64,000 nt of DNA, taken from assembly GCA_947625725.1 (NCBI GenBank), contig CANQPI010000008.1:3159-67158 (forward strand). Direction: 5' to 3'. A program made the translations under genes and the position numbers. This document shows, in pieces, positions 10,112 through 19,152 of this stretch. Position 1 is the first letter of the stretch; each line of letters starts with the position of its first letter. Under the pieces are notes generated by a model, which did no database searches, was not told the DNA's origin, and saw nothing but the letters and a program-made list of their open reading frames with translations. This DNA is from an uncultured Clostridia bacterium. GTDB lineage: Bacteria; Bacillota; Clostridia; Christensenellales; CAG-314.

Positions 10112-11994
10112 CAGTTTTCACCCCCTTTGTCGGAATTTTCAACGCCGTCGGAATCCACCGTGCCTTTTTGTTGCGAACGGTAAATTTCGCGGTAAATAGA
10201 GTTGGTAGCAAGCAATTCGTCGTGAGTGCCCACGGCGTTGATCTTGCCGTCGTCCAAAATTACTATCTTGTCGCAATCCTGCACCGACGACAGACGTTGA
10301 GCGATTATTATCGTGGTCATATCGGCGGAAAGTTCTTTGAGCCCTTTGCGTATCTGCGCGTCGGTAGCGGTATCCACCGCGCTGGTAGAGTCGTCCAAAA
10401 TCATTATTTTGGGCTTTTTGAGCAAAGCGCGGGCAATGCACAGCCGCTGTTTTTGTCCGCCGGAAACGTTTACGCCGCCTTGACCGAGATCCGTTTCGTA
10501 ACCGTCGGGGAAGGACATGATAAAATCGTGCGCGCAAGCGGCTTTGCACGCCGCTTCGATCTCCTCCTGCGTGGCGTCCTTGTTGCCCCACAAAAGATTT
10601 TCGCGTATCGTGCCGCTGAACAGCACGTTCTTTTGCAACACCATGGACACGCCCTCGCGCAAGTTGTGCAGTCCGTAATCCCTCACGTCCGTGCCGTCCA
10701 CAAGAATTTGACCGTTTAGCACGTCGTAGAAACGGGGTATCAATTGCACCAGACTACTCTTGCCGTCGCCCGTGCCGCCGATTATGCCTACCGTTTCGCC
10801 CGTGGCGACGGACAGGTTGATATTTTCCAAAGTGAGGTTATCGGCATTGTCGGAATAACTGAAATCGACGTTTTTGAACTCGATATTGCCGCTGTTCACC
10901 GTTTTGTCCGTCTGCGCGCCGTCCTTGATGGAAGAATCCGTTTCCAACACTTCATAGATACGGTCGATACTTGCGCGGGACATAACGAGTTGCACCGCAA
11001 TGAAACATATCATCATTACGCTGCTCAGTATCTGCGTGCAGTAGTTCATCATGGCAGTGAGCGTGCCGCCCTGCATGTCGCCGACGGCTATATCTTTACC
11101 GCCGATAATTAGCAAGCCGATGATCGTTGCGTACATGATAAGACTGGTTAGCGGATTCATCAAAATCATCAATTTTTCCGCTTTGAGTTGCGCCTTGCGC
11201 ACTTGCTCGGTAGATTCGCGGTACTTTTGCTCCTCGTAGTCCTCCCTGACAAACGCTTTGACGACGCGTATCGCGACGAGATCTTCCTGCACGTCGGCGT
11301 TCATCTTGTCGTAGCGTTTGAGCATGGCTTTGAACAGAGGATGTACTCGCGTGGCAATGAGAAACATCACGATACCCAATGCGGGTATCGCCCCGAGAAA
11401 CACCCACGCCATTTTCGGCTCGGTTTTGAACGCCATCACAGTACTGAAAACAAGCATTGCGGGCGCACGAATGACGGTGCGAATGATCATCATAAAGGCG
11501 TTTTGAGCATTGTTTACGTCCGTAGTGGAACGCGTGACAAGACTTGCCGTGCTGAATTTGTCCACGTTGGCGAAACTGAATCCCTGTATTCTGTCAAACA
11601 GCCGAGCGCGCATGTTTTTGGAAAATCCCGCGCCCGCAACCGCGCACAACCAGCCCGCCAAACTGCCGAACGTCAGGGACAACACTGCGCAAACCACCAT
11701 CAAAATACCATAACTGTACACCGTGTTGAGCAAAATATTTTTGTCCCCCAACACGAGCGTGCTTGCGGCATAGGTCTTTAATGCGTGCGTGCCGCCCTGA
11801 AAATCGTAGACGGTCATAGCCGAAGCCAAGCCATTCATCTCCTCGTCTACCGCGAACAGTTGCATGGTGTTGAGGATATTAGCCATGAATATCGGCAACA
11901 CTACTTCCAACGCCGTTTCGCACAATACCAACAGTATCGTAAAAACAGACGGGGCTTCGTAGCCCTTGGCTCCTTTCAAAAGTTTTCTTACCAA
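10111..11994 (-). CDS. ABC exporter, fused permease/ATPase (subunit A of a heterodimer)
   Basis: Walker A GGTGDGKSS, signature VSGGQKQRLCIARA, Walker B ILDDSTS. The ORF track starts at a TTG at 12045. I prefer the TTG at 11994 (LVRKLLKG...), which lies 7 nt after GAAGGGGG. The exact start is uncertain. Confidence 0.88.
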   Translation of the reverse strand: MVRKLLKGAKGYEAPSVFTILLVLCETALEVVLPIFMANILNTMQLFAVDEEMNGLASAMTVYDFQGGTHALKTYAASTLVLGDKNILLNTVYSYGILMVVCAVLSLTFGSLAGWLCAVAGAGFSKNMRARLFDRIQGFSFANVDKFSTASLVTRSTTDVNNAQNAFMMIIRTVIRAPAMLVFSTVMAFKTEPKMAWVFLGAIPALGIVMFLIATRVHPLFKAMLKRYDKMNADVQEDLVAIRVVKAFVREDYEEQKYRESTEQVRKAQLKAEKLMILMNPLTSLIMYATIIGLLIIGGKDIAVGDMQGGTLTAMMNYCTQILSSVMMICFIAVQLVMSRASIDRIYEVLETDSSIKDGAQTDKTVNSGNIEFKNVDFSYSDNADNLTLENINLSVATGETVGIIGGTGDGKSSLVQLIPRFYDVLNGQILVDGTDVRDYGLHNLREGVSMVLQKNVLFSGTIRENLLWGNKDATQEEIEAACKAACAHDFIMSFPDGYETDLGQGGVNVSGGQKQRLCIARALLKKPKIMILDDSTSAVDTATDAQIRKGLKELSADMTTIIIAQRLSSVQDCDKIVILDDGKINAVGTHDELLATNSIYREIYRSQQKGTVDSDGVENSDKGGEN

Positions 11995-12167
11995 ATTTTT
12001 GCCCCCTTCTTGTCCCGCTCTCTCCCCGAGAGAGCATGAGCGCAATTTAACAAAGTATAGATAGAGGTATTATATACTAATTAAAAAATTTTGGATACCG
12101 AATTTACACCCAATGTTACAAAAAATTCACTTTTGTACCGTATTTACCGCCCCAATGCCCTCGGTAC

Positions 12168-12200
12168 GAAAAAACAGCCGAACTTCGAGAACGACTGTTT
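12168..12200 (-). terminator. Rho-independent terminator after dnaE
   Basis: Minus strand ACAGUCG-loop-CGGCUGU followed by U6. Confidence 0.55.
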
Positions 12201-12303
12201 TGAAGTTCAAAGCGAATATGCAGGCGACTTTTTTACGCAACGTTCGTCGGGCAAGTCGCGTTCGACAAAGTTTGTCCGATTGCCCTGCGGCTAACGGTCG
12301 AAA

Positions 12304-15300
12304 CTATTTTTCGAAGAAAATGACGTTTTTGTCGCCAAGTATCGCGGCAAGTTCGTACACTATGCCCGTGCAATTGCGAACGGTCGTTTCCAAGGCGTAG
12401 GTTTTGCCCTCGATACGGAACTTGACGGGTATGTCGCCGGGGTACTGTTGAAGTTTTTTCAACGTCCTGTCGTATTTTTCCTCGTCGCGTTCTTCCATTT
12501 TGAGCCAAAGAGTGACGTTACGCGCCTGCTCGGCGTGTGATTGCTCCTCCGCGGGTTCGCCGTCGCGCGGGTTGATCAGTTCGCGTATGACGATCTTGTA
12601 ACCGTCGCGCGAATCCCCCAACATTCCTTTGATCACCAAAAAGGCGTCCTCCGCAAACAATGTTTTGTATTTTTCGTAAGCGGAAGCGTACAAACCGACT
12701 TCGATAGAGCCGAATTTGTCCTCCATAACGCCGAAAGCCAACTTTTGATTATCTTTGCCGACGGTGACGCGCACCTCATGCAAAATACCGCCCGTAACAA
12801 CCGCGCGTTTGCGAACAGTGGGACGCACGTAAACTACGTCCTCGCCGTCCTCCTGCTCGACGGGGTTGGTTTCGTTGGTATCGAAATCGAAGCGATAGCG
12901 CGACTTGATGTCGTCGTAGTCGTCCAGAGGACTGCCCGTCATGTACACGCCCAACACGTCGTTTTCGAAGTTGTAGAGTATCTGTTTGGGAAACTCTTTG
13001 ACCTGCGTATGCGCGGGGCGCGACGAACGTTGAATATCCGGCACCAAATCGAAAATGGAAATTTGACCCGTGGCGCGGGTTTTGAGGCTTTCCAAAGCCT
13101 CGTTGAACTCGTCGTTGTAGTACTGCATCATGTCGGCTCGGGTACGTCCGAAGCAGTCGAACGCGCCGCCCTTGATAAGGTTCTCCACCATACGCTTGTT
13201 GAGGAAACTTTGTCCCTCGCGCGCCGTCGCAGTCGTTTCGCGCTCATAACAACGTTCGAACAGATCCTGCATATCTCTGAATTCGCCGCCGCGTTCGCGC
13301 TCGTCAACGATCTTTTTGACAACGCCCACGCCTATGTTGCGTATTCCGCCCAAGCCGAAACGGATCGCGCCGTTTTCCACGCGAAATTCGTCGCGGCTCT
13401 TGTTTATGTCGGGAGGCAAAACGGCAATTCCCTGCGATTTGGCGTAAGCCATGTATTTTTTTATTTGCGAAATGTCGTTGATACGATTGTTGAGCAACGC
13501 GCAAATAAACTCAACGGGGTAGTAATTTTTGAGCCAAGCGGTTTGATACGTCACGTAAGCGTAACACGTGGCGTGCGATTTGTTGAATGCGTATTGCGAA
13601 AAGTCGAACAGTTGTTTCCATATAGCCTGCGCGATTTCCGCGCTGACGCCGTTGTTTATGCAACCGGGAACGGTTTCGCCGTTGGTCCAAGTGCCGCCGT
13701 TGATGAACAACTTGCCCAAGTCCTCCATCATTTGCACTTTCTTTTTGCTCATGGCATAGCGAACGTTGTCCGCAAGCGCCATGGAAAATCCCGCCAACTT
13801 TTGCACCAACTGCATTACCTGCTCTTGGTACACGATACAGCCGTTGGTAACGCTCAATATCGACTCCATCAACGGGTGGAGATATTTGATCTTGGATTTG
13901 TCGAATTTGCAATCTATATAGTCGCCGATAAATTGCATCGGTCCTGGACGATACAGACTTATTCCTGCGATAATCTCCTCCAAATGCGCGGGCTTCATTT
14001 TGTGCATAAGGTCGCACATGCCGCCGCTCTCCAATTGGAAAATACACATTGTGTCGCCGCTGCTGATCAAATCGAACACTTTGGGATCGTCGTAGTTGTC
14101 CGCGCCGAACTCCACCTTGACGCCGTAGTCCTCGTACACGTAATCGCACGCCTTTTTGATGTCCGTCAAAGTGCGCAGACCGAGAAAGTCCATTTTGAGC
14201 AATCCCAATTCTTCCACTTCCGTCATGGTGTACTGCGTGGTTACGATACCGCCCTTGGCGAGAGAACCGCCGTTGGTTTGCAAGGGAACGTGGTCGGATA
14301 CCTTTTCGCGGCAGATCACCACGCCCGCGGCGTGCATTCCCGTTTGACGGGGCGAACCCTCTATACGCTTGGCTATGTCTATGAGATTGTGCGTGGCAGG
14401 GTCGTCGTAGGCGCGTTTGAGTTCGTCGGAGATATAGGTATCTTCGGGGTTTTTGTAAGGCACTTCGCCCAAAAGGTGGCGCAAAGTGTACTTGAAGTTG
14501 TCGGGGACCATTTTGGCAAGGCGGTTGGACTCGGACATGGGAAAACGCATCACACGCGCAACGTCGCGAATGGCGTTCTTTGCCGCCATAGTGCCGAAAG
14601 TAACTATCTGACACACGTTGTCGTTACCGTACTTGCGATGAACGTAGTCGATAACCTCGCCGCGACGATCCATGCAAAAGTCCACATCGAAATCGGGCAT
14701 GGACTTGCGCTCGGGATTGAGAAAGCGTTCGAACATCAGATTGAAACGGAAAGGCTCCACCTCGGTGATCCCTATCAGGTAGGCGATAACGCTGCCCGCG
14801 CCGCTTCCGCGACCGGGTCCTACCGGTATTCCGTTGGTCTTGGCGTAGTTGATGAAGTCCCAAACGATAAGGTAATAGTCTACAAATCCCATTTCGCAAA
14901 TGACTTTGTACTCGTACTCTATGCGTTTGATAACTTCTTCGCTCGGGTCGGGATACTTTTTTGTCAAGCCCTCTTGCACCAACTTCCACAGGTAATCCGA
15001 CGAGGACATGCCGTCGGGCGGCGTGTAGAGAGGCAAAAGTTTTTCTTTGCCGAAATCGACGTCGCATTTGTCGGCTATTTCCAAAGTGGTTTCCATAGCC
15101 TCGGGAACGTTGGGGAACAACGCCGCCATTTCGTCGTAATCTTTGAGATAAAATTCCTCTCCCTGAAACTTCATTCTGTCGGTGTCGTCCAGATATCTGC
15201 CCATTTGTACGCACAGCATGACGTCTTGCAGTTCGGCGTCCTCCTTGCGAAGGTAGTGAACGTCGTTGGTGACTACGATCTTTATGCCCAATTCGTGCGC

Positions 15301-15870
15301 AAGTTCGATCAATTGCGGCATAACGGCGTCCTCCTCGGCAATGCCGTGCCGCTGTATCTCGATATAGTAGTCCTCGCCGAAAAGAGCCTTGTACCTGAGA
15401 GCCAACTCGCGCGCTTCCTCGGGACGATCGGCAAGCAACAGACGGGGCAACTGTCCCGCGATACAAGCCGAAAGGCATATCAAGCCCTCCGAATACTTTG
15501 AAAGCGTTTCGAAGTCGATACGGGGCTTGTAGTAGAAACCCTCCACCCATGCTATGGAGTTGAGTCGGCACAAATTGTAGTAACCGACGTTGTTCTTGGC
15601 AAGCAGTATCAAGTGGAAATATTCTTTGTTTTCAAAGCCGACGTTGTGCAAATTTTCGCACAAGTAAAACTCGCAGCCGATTATCGGTTTTATGCCTGCG
15701 GCATGCGCCGCCTTCAAAAACTTCCAGGCGCAATACATGTTGCCGTGATCGGTCACGGCAATGGCGGGCATGTTGAGTTCCTTGCAACGGGCGAGCATTT
15801 CGTCTATACGCGTAGCGCCGTCCAAAAGGCTGTATTCGGTGTGAAGATGAAGATGAACAAAAGGTTTCAT
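12304..15870 (-). CDS. dnaE: DNA polymerase III alpha subunit
   Basis: 1188 aa. N-terminal PHP domain (FVHLHLHTEYSLLDGA, VTDHGNM), polymerase core (GLLKMDFLGLRTL) and a C-terminal OB region. Confidence 0.95.
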   Translation of the reverse strand: MKPFVHLHLHTEYSLLDGATRIDEMLARCKELNMPAIAVTDHGNMYCAWKFLKAAHAAGIKPIIGCEFYLCENLHNVGFENKEYFHLILLAKNNVGYYNLCRLNSIAWVEGFYYKPRIDFETLSKYSEGLICLSACIAGQLPRLLLADRPEEARELALRYKALFGEDYYIEIQRHGIAEEDAVMPQLIELAHELGIKIVVTNDVHYLRKEDAELQDVMLCVQMGRYLDDTDRMKFQGEEFYLKDYDEMAALFPNVPEAMETTLEIADKCDVDFGKEKLLPLYTPPDGMSSSDYLWKLVQEGLTKKYPDPSEEVIKRIEYEYKVICEMGFVDYYLIVWDFINYAKTNGIPVGPGRGSGAGSVIAYLIGITEVEPFRFNLMFERFLNPERKSMPDFDVDFCMDRRGEVIDYVHRKYGNDNVCQIVTFGTMAAKNAIRDVARVMRFPMSESNRLAKMVPDNFKYTLRHLLGEVPYKNPEDTYISDELKRAYDDPATHNLIDIAKRIEGSPRQTGMHAAGVVICREKVSDHVPLQTNGGSLAKGGIVTTQYTMTEVEELGLLKMDFLGLRTLTDIKKACDYVYEDYGVKVEFGADNYDDPKVFDLISSGDTMCIFQLESGGMCDLMHKMKPAHLEEIIAGISLYRPGPMQFIGDYIDCKFDKSKIKYLHPLMESILSVTNGCIVYQEQVMQLVQKLAGFSMALADNVRYAMSKKKVQMMEDLGKLFINGGTWTNGETVPGCINNGVSAEIAQAIWKQLFDFSQYAFNKSHATCYAYVTYQTAWLKNYYPVEFICALLNNRINDISQIKKYMAYAKSQGIAVLPPDINKSRDEFRVENGAIRFGLGGIRNIGVGVVKKIVDERERGGEFRDMQDLFERCYERETTATAREGQSFLNKRMVENLIKGGAFDCFGRTRADMMQYYNDEFNEALESLKTRATGQISIFDLVPDIQRSSRPAHTQVKEFPKQILYNFENDVLGVYMTGSPLDDYDDIKSRYRFDFDTNETNPVEQEDGEDVVYVRPTVRKRAVVTGGILHEVRVTVGKDNQKLAFGVMEDKFGSIEVGLYASAYEKYKTLFAEDAFLVIKGMLGDSRDGYKIVIRELINPRDGEPAEEQSHAEQARNVTLWLKMEERDEEKYDRTLKKLQQYPGDIPVKFRIEGKTYALETTVRNCTGIVYELAAILGDKNVIFFEK

Positions 15871-15888
15871 AATTTTTCCTCTGTAAAA

Positions 15889-16821
15889 TTACTCGACAAG
15901 ATCGAGCAATCGGGCAAAGCGGTGATTTGCGCCGCTCTTGGATATGTGAAGCAAAGCGGCGATCTCGTCCAAAGTGGCTTCGGGATTTTGCTCGCGACAC
16001 ACGGCGATCTGTTTGAGGCTGTCGGGCAAACCGTCAAACGCTCCGCGTTGTCGCAAAGTTTGTATCGCGTCCAACTGTTTCGAAGCGGCGGCGACCGCCT
16101 TTTCGATATTGGCAACCGTGCAGTTGCTCTGTCTGTTTGCCACGTTGCGAACGCTGCGCGCAACAAGAACGTTTTCCAATTTCAGATACGTTTGAGTGGC
16201 GTCTACGTACACCAAATAGTCGGCAATGCGTTCGCTTTCTTTCAAATAGAGGACAAAGCCGTTTTTGCGCGGCGTAGATCTGAAATCGACGTCGGGATAA
16301 GCGTCAAAGACGGCTTGGGCAAACTCTTTGTCGGAAAATCTCACTTCGAGATGATATTTGGAGCGGCCCGACCCTTCTTGGGGATTTTCGCTTTGCGGAA
16401 TGGTAACGGAGCCGCACGCGACAAACAACCCTTGCATAAAAGCGCGCTTGCAACAGGGCGAATCGGGCACGAGCGACTTTGCGTCGGAAATGACCAACAG
16501 TCCGTTTGAGTCCAACTCCGTCAAATGCAATTTCGCGCCCAAGGCGGAATCGAACTTGCAAGTGTACACAGCCGTCTTTTTGGCGCTGAGATTGTAGGGT
16601 TCGATCGTAGAGTTGACGTTCAAACGCTCTGCCGCCAGACGACTGCAAAGGTTCAAAAAATCAACGTTGTCGCTCTCGACGCTGAAACAATAACCGCCTC
16701 GCCCGAGCGTGATCGAACCGACAGACTTCAAAACGGCGGCAAGAAACGCCGTCGCGCAACATGGCTTGGCGTTTCTAACCGATCTCATAATTTCATTCTT
16801 GGCGCTTTGCGAAATCGTCAT
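15889..16821 (-). CDS. whiA: DNA-binding protein WhiA
   Basis: LAGLIDADG-like core (FMQGLFVACGSV) and a C-terminal HTH (LDEIAALLHISKSGANHRFARL). The start is taken at the internal ATG at 16821 (MTISQSAKNE). Confidence 0.88.
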   Translation of the reverse strand: MTISQSAKNEIMRSVRNAKPCCATAFLAAVLKSVGSITLGRGGYCFSVESDNVDFLNLCSRLAAERLNVNSTIEPYNLSAKKTAVYTCKFDSALGAKLHLTELDSNGLLVISDAKSLVPDSPCCKRAFMQGLFVACGSVTIPQSENPQEGSGRSKYHLEVRFSDKEFAQAVFDAYPDVDFRSTPRKNGFVLYLKESERIADYLVYVDATQTYLKLENVLVARSVRNVANRQSNCTVANIEKAVAAASKQLDAIQTLRQRGAFDGLPDSLKQIAVCREQNPEATLDEIAALLHISKSGANHRFARLLDLVE

Positions 16822-17734
16822 CGTCCTTCCACCCCACAAGACAAAGTTCCGTTTTGGCGCAAATGCCGTACTTGTCCCAAAGGGTTTCCTTTATGTGTTG
16901 TATAATTAAGTATATATCCAAAGAGGTCGCTTTGTCAATATTTAGGACGAAACCCGCGTGTTTTGTTGATATTTGCGCGCCGCCCACCGCGTAACCTTTG
17001 AGTCCCGCTTGGTCGATCAGTTTGGACAAAGCGACGCTTTCGTGATAGACAACGCAACCCGCCGAACGAAACTCCAACGGTTGCGACAAAGCCTTGGAAC
17101 GGCGCATGCGCAAAATATTGCGCTCCACCTGTTGCGGATCGCCGACTTCGAACGTGAACTTGGCGGCAAGCACCACCCAATCGGGATGTCGCCTAAAAAC
17201 GCTGTTTCTCTTGGAAAAATTACATTTTTTTGCACCCATGTGTACAATTTTGCCATTTTTGTACACCGTCACCGAGCGCAAAACGGATTGTACGTCTTGC
17301 CCAAAACAACCCGCGTTGCCCACTACCGAGCCGCCCACCGTGGCAGGTAAACATGCAAAAAATTCGCCGCCGCAAAGGCCCTTTTCCCGCAAGACTTTGG
17401 ATAAATACACGGTGGACGTGCCCGCCAAAACGGTTGCCGAACGCCCGTGCGTTTTGACGCCCGTTGCCGACATGACCACCGCCACGCCGTCGAAAAAGCC
17501 GTCGTTAGCCAACACGTTGCTGCCCTTGCCCAACACCACGCGCGGGACAGCGAGTTGGTCTATGAGCCGAAGCGTTCGCACCGTCTTGCGCAGATCGTCG
17601 GGAAAGACGGCAAGGCGTATTTTGCCGCCCGTACCCAACGTCGTAAGTTCGGCAAAACTTGCGTCCTCGCGACAAGTCACCGCCATGTCGCCAAGCGCGC
17701 GAATAAGTTTGTCAAAAACGTCTGCGCTACACAT
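16793..17734 (-). CDS. murB: UDP-N-acetylenolpyruvoylglucosamine reductase
   Basis: 313 aa. FAD-binding motifs TTLGTGGKIRL and GKGSNVLAND, plus a C-terminal MurB domain (SAGCVVYHE). Confidence 0.9.
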   Translation of the reverse strand: MCSADVFDKLIRALGDMAVTCREDASFAELTTLGTGGKIRLAVFPDDLRKTVRTLRLIDQLAVPRVVLGKGSNVLANDGFFDGVAVVMSATGVKTHGRSATVLAGTSTVYLSKVLREKGLCGGEFFACLPATVGGSVVGNAGCFGQDVQSVLRSVTVYKNGKIVHMGAKKCNFSKRNSVFRRHPDWVVLAAKFTFEVGDPQQVERNILRMRRSKALSQPLEFRSAGCVVYHESVALSKLIDQAGLKGYAVGGAQISTKHAGFVLNIDKATSLDIYLIIQHIKETLWDKYGICAKTELCLVGWKDDDDFAKRQE

Positions 17735-18869
17735 TGAGAGTATCCAATGCCATTTGCCGTTGCCGTTTGATAGCCTCGGCGTTGCCGAAAACGTTCGGAA
17801 CGTAAGCCGAGTTCAAACCCGCTTCCGTTTGGGCATACCTGTCGGCAGTATAAAAAGTTTTGTCCAACACCGAAAACATCGACAGGCTTGTCAACGTGGA
17901 TTGCGATTGTTCGGACAGCAAGTACTTGACAAAAACTTTGCATGCGAAGGCTTTGTCCTCGGCAAACGCGCTTATGCCGACGTACTGTACCAGATCCGTG
18001 TAGCCCGCAAGCGGCGCAAATACCAGACTGTCGATTTTGCCTGCGGATTCCTTTTGTCCCAATCGGTACATGTCGCGCTGCGTGCCCAACAGCGTGACCG
18101 CCGTGCGGTTGGCGACAAATTGTTCATAGGCTTGGTACTGAGTCGTACTTTCCGACACGTTAGCGTTGCCTCGTCCGCCCGACATAGCCAAAGCGGACAA
18201 AGGACTGTTGTAGGGGGTAAATCCGCAAATCAAAGGCTGCAACGTAAAGGTGGTCTTGCCCACCTTGCGCGTGTATGTTTGACTGAGCGCGTTGCCGAGC
18301 AATTTTTCCTGCGACAACATTTCCGCGCGGGCAAACAGACAGTACGCGCCGGCATACAGAGGCAGGGCATACTGCGTGCCGTTTAGTTGTCCCGACGGCA
18401 GAAAGTTGTCGCGAACGGCGGTTTCGCCGTCTATCGGAGCAAGGTCGTCTTTGACGATCTCTCCCGCGCCGCGAGAGAAACAAACGATGTCAAAGTTGTC
18501 GCCTGCAGCAAGTTTGTCTTGCAGTTGCTCCACCGTCAGCGTGGTAACGTGTACAAACAAGCCTTCGTTTTGCTGTTCGAACTTGGCGGCGCGGCTTTTG
18601 AGCCAACTTTCGCGACTTCCCACGCCGCCCTCGAAACTCTCTACATTCCAAAGTTCCACAATGCCCTTGTAGTTTGCGCCGCTTTGAGTTTGGGGCTTTT
18701 GAGGCAGGTGCGGCAACGCCCAGATCAACGCTCCTGCGGCAAGCGCAATCGTCAAAACTACCGAAAACACGCTCCAAAAGGCGCGTTTGGTTAGGTTATG
18801 CTTTTTTTCGCGCCGTTTTGACGGTTGCGGCGGTTCTTTCGACGGCACGACAGTTTTCCATCTTGTCAA
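17727..18869 (-). CDS. membrane-anchored hypothetical protein, solute-binding-protein-like ectodomain
   Basis: 380 aa. TTG start 7 nt after AGGAGG. One N-terminal TM helix (FWSVFSVVLTIALAAGALIWAL), then a region resembling family-1 SBPs (IVELWNVESF...KFEQQNEGLFVHV...LAAGDNFDIV). Overlaps the murB start by 8 nt. Confidence 0.6.
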   Translation of the reverse strand: MTRWKTVVPSKEPPQPSKRREKKHNLTKRAFWSVFSVVLTIALAAGALIWALPHLPQKPQTQSGANYKGIVELWNVESFEGGVGSRESWLKSRAAKFEQQNEGLFVHVTTLTVEQLQDKLAAGDNFDIVCFSRGAGEIVKDDLAPIDGETAVRDNFLPSGQLNGTQYALPLYAGAYCLFARAEMLSQEKLLGNALSQTYTRKVGKTTFTLQPLICGFTPYNSPLSALAMSGGRGNANVSESTTQYQAYEQFVANRTAVTLLGTQRDMYRLGQKESAGKIDSLVFAPLAGYTDLVQYVGISAFAEDKAFACKVFVKYLLSEQSQSTLTSLSMFSVLDKTFYTADRYAQTEAGLNSAYVPNVFGNAEAIKRQRQMALDTLNV

Positions 18870-19152
18870 AGTATTGTCCTCCTTTGCTGTGGATACGTCC
18901 TAGTTTATGCACGGAGATCGGCGCAAATGGCTTCGGCAAAGCCGACAAAATCGTTTTTGATGATACTTTTTGTCGAGAGCGAACAATATTGCCCTCGGCG
19001 ACGCAACGTTTAAATTGCATATTTACAACGGTATAATTTTGTTGTATAATAATATCGATTTGAAAACGTTTTGTACTTTTTGAAGAAATTTTGTAAATTA
19101 CGGTTTTGAATTGTTTTTAGGCGCAACGCATATTTGAAATTAGGGGAAGATT

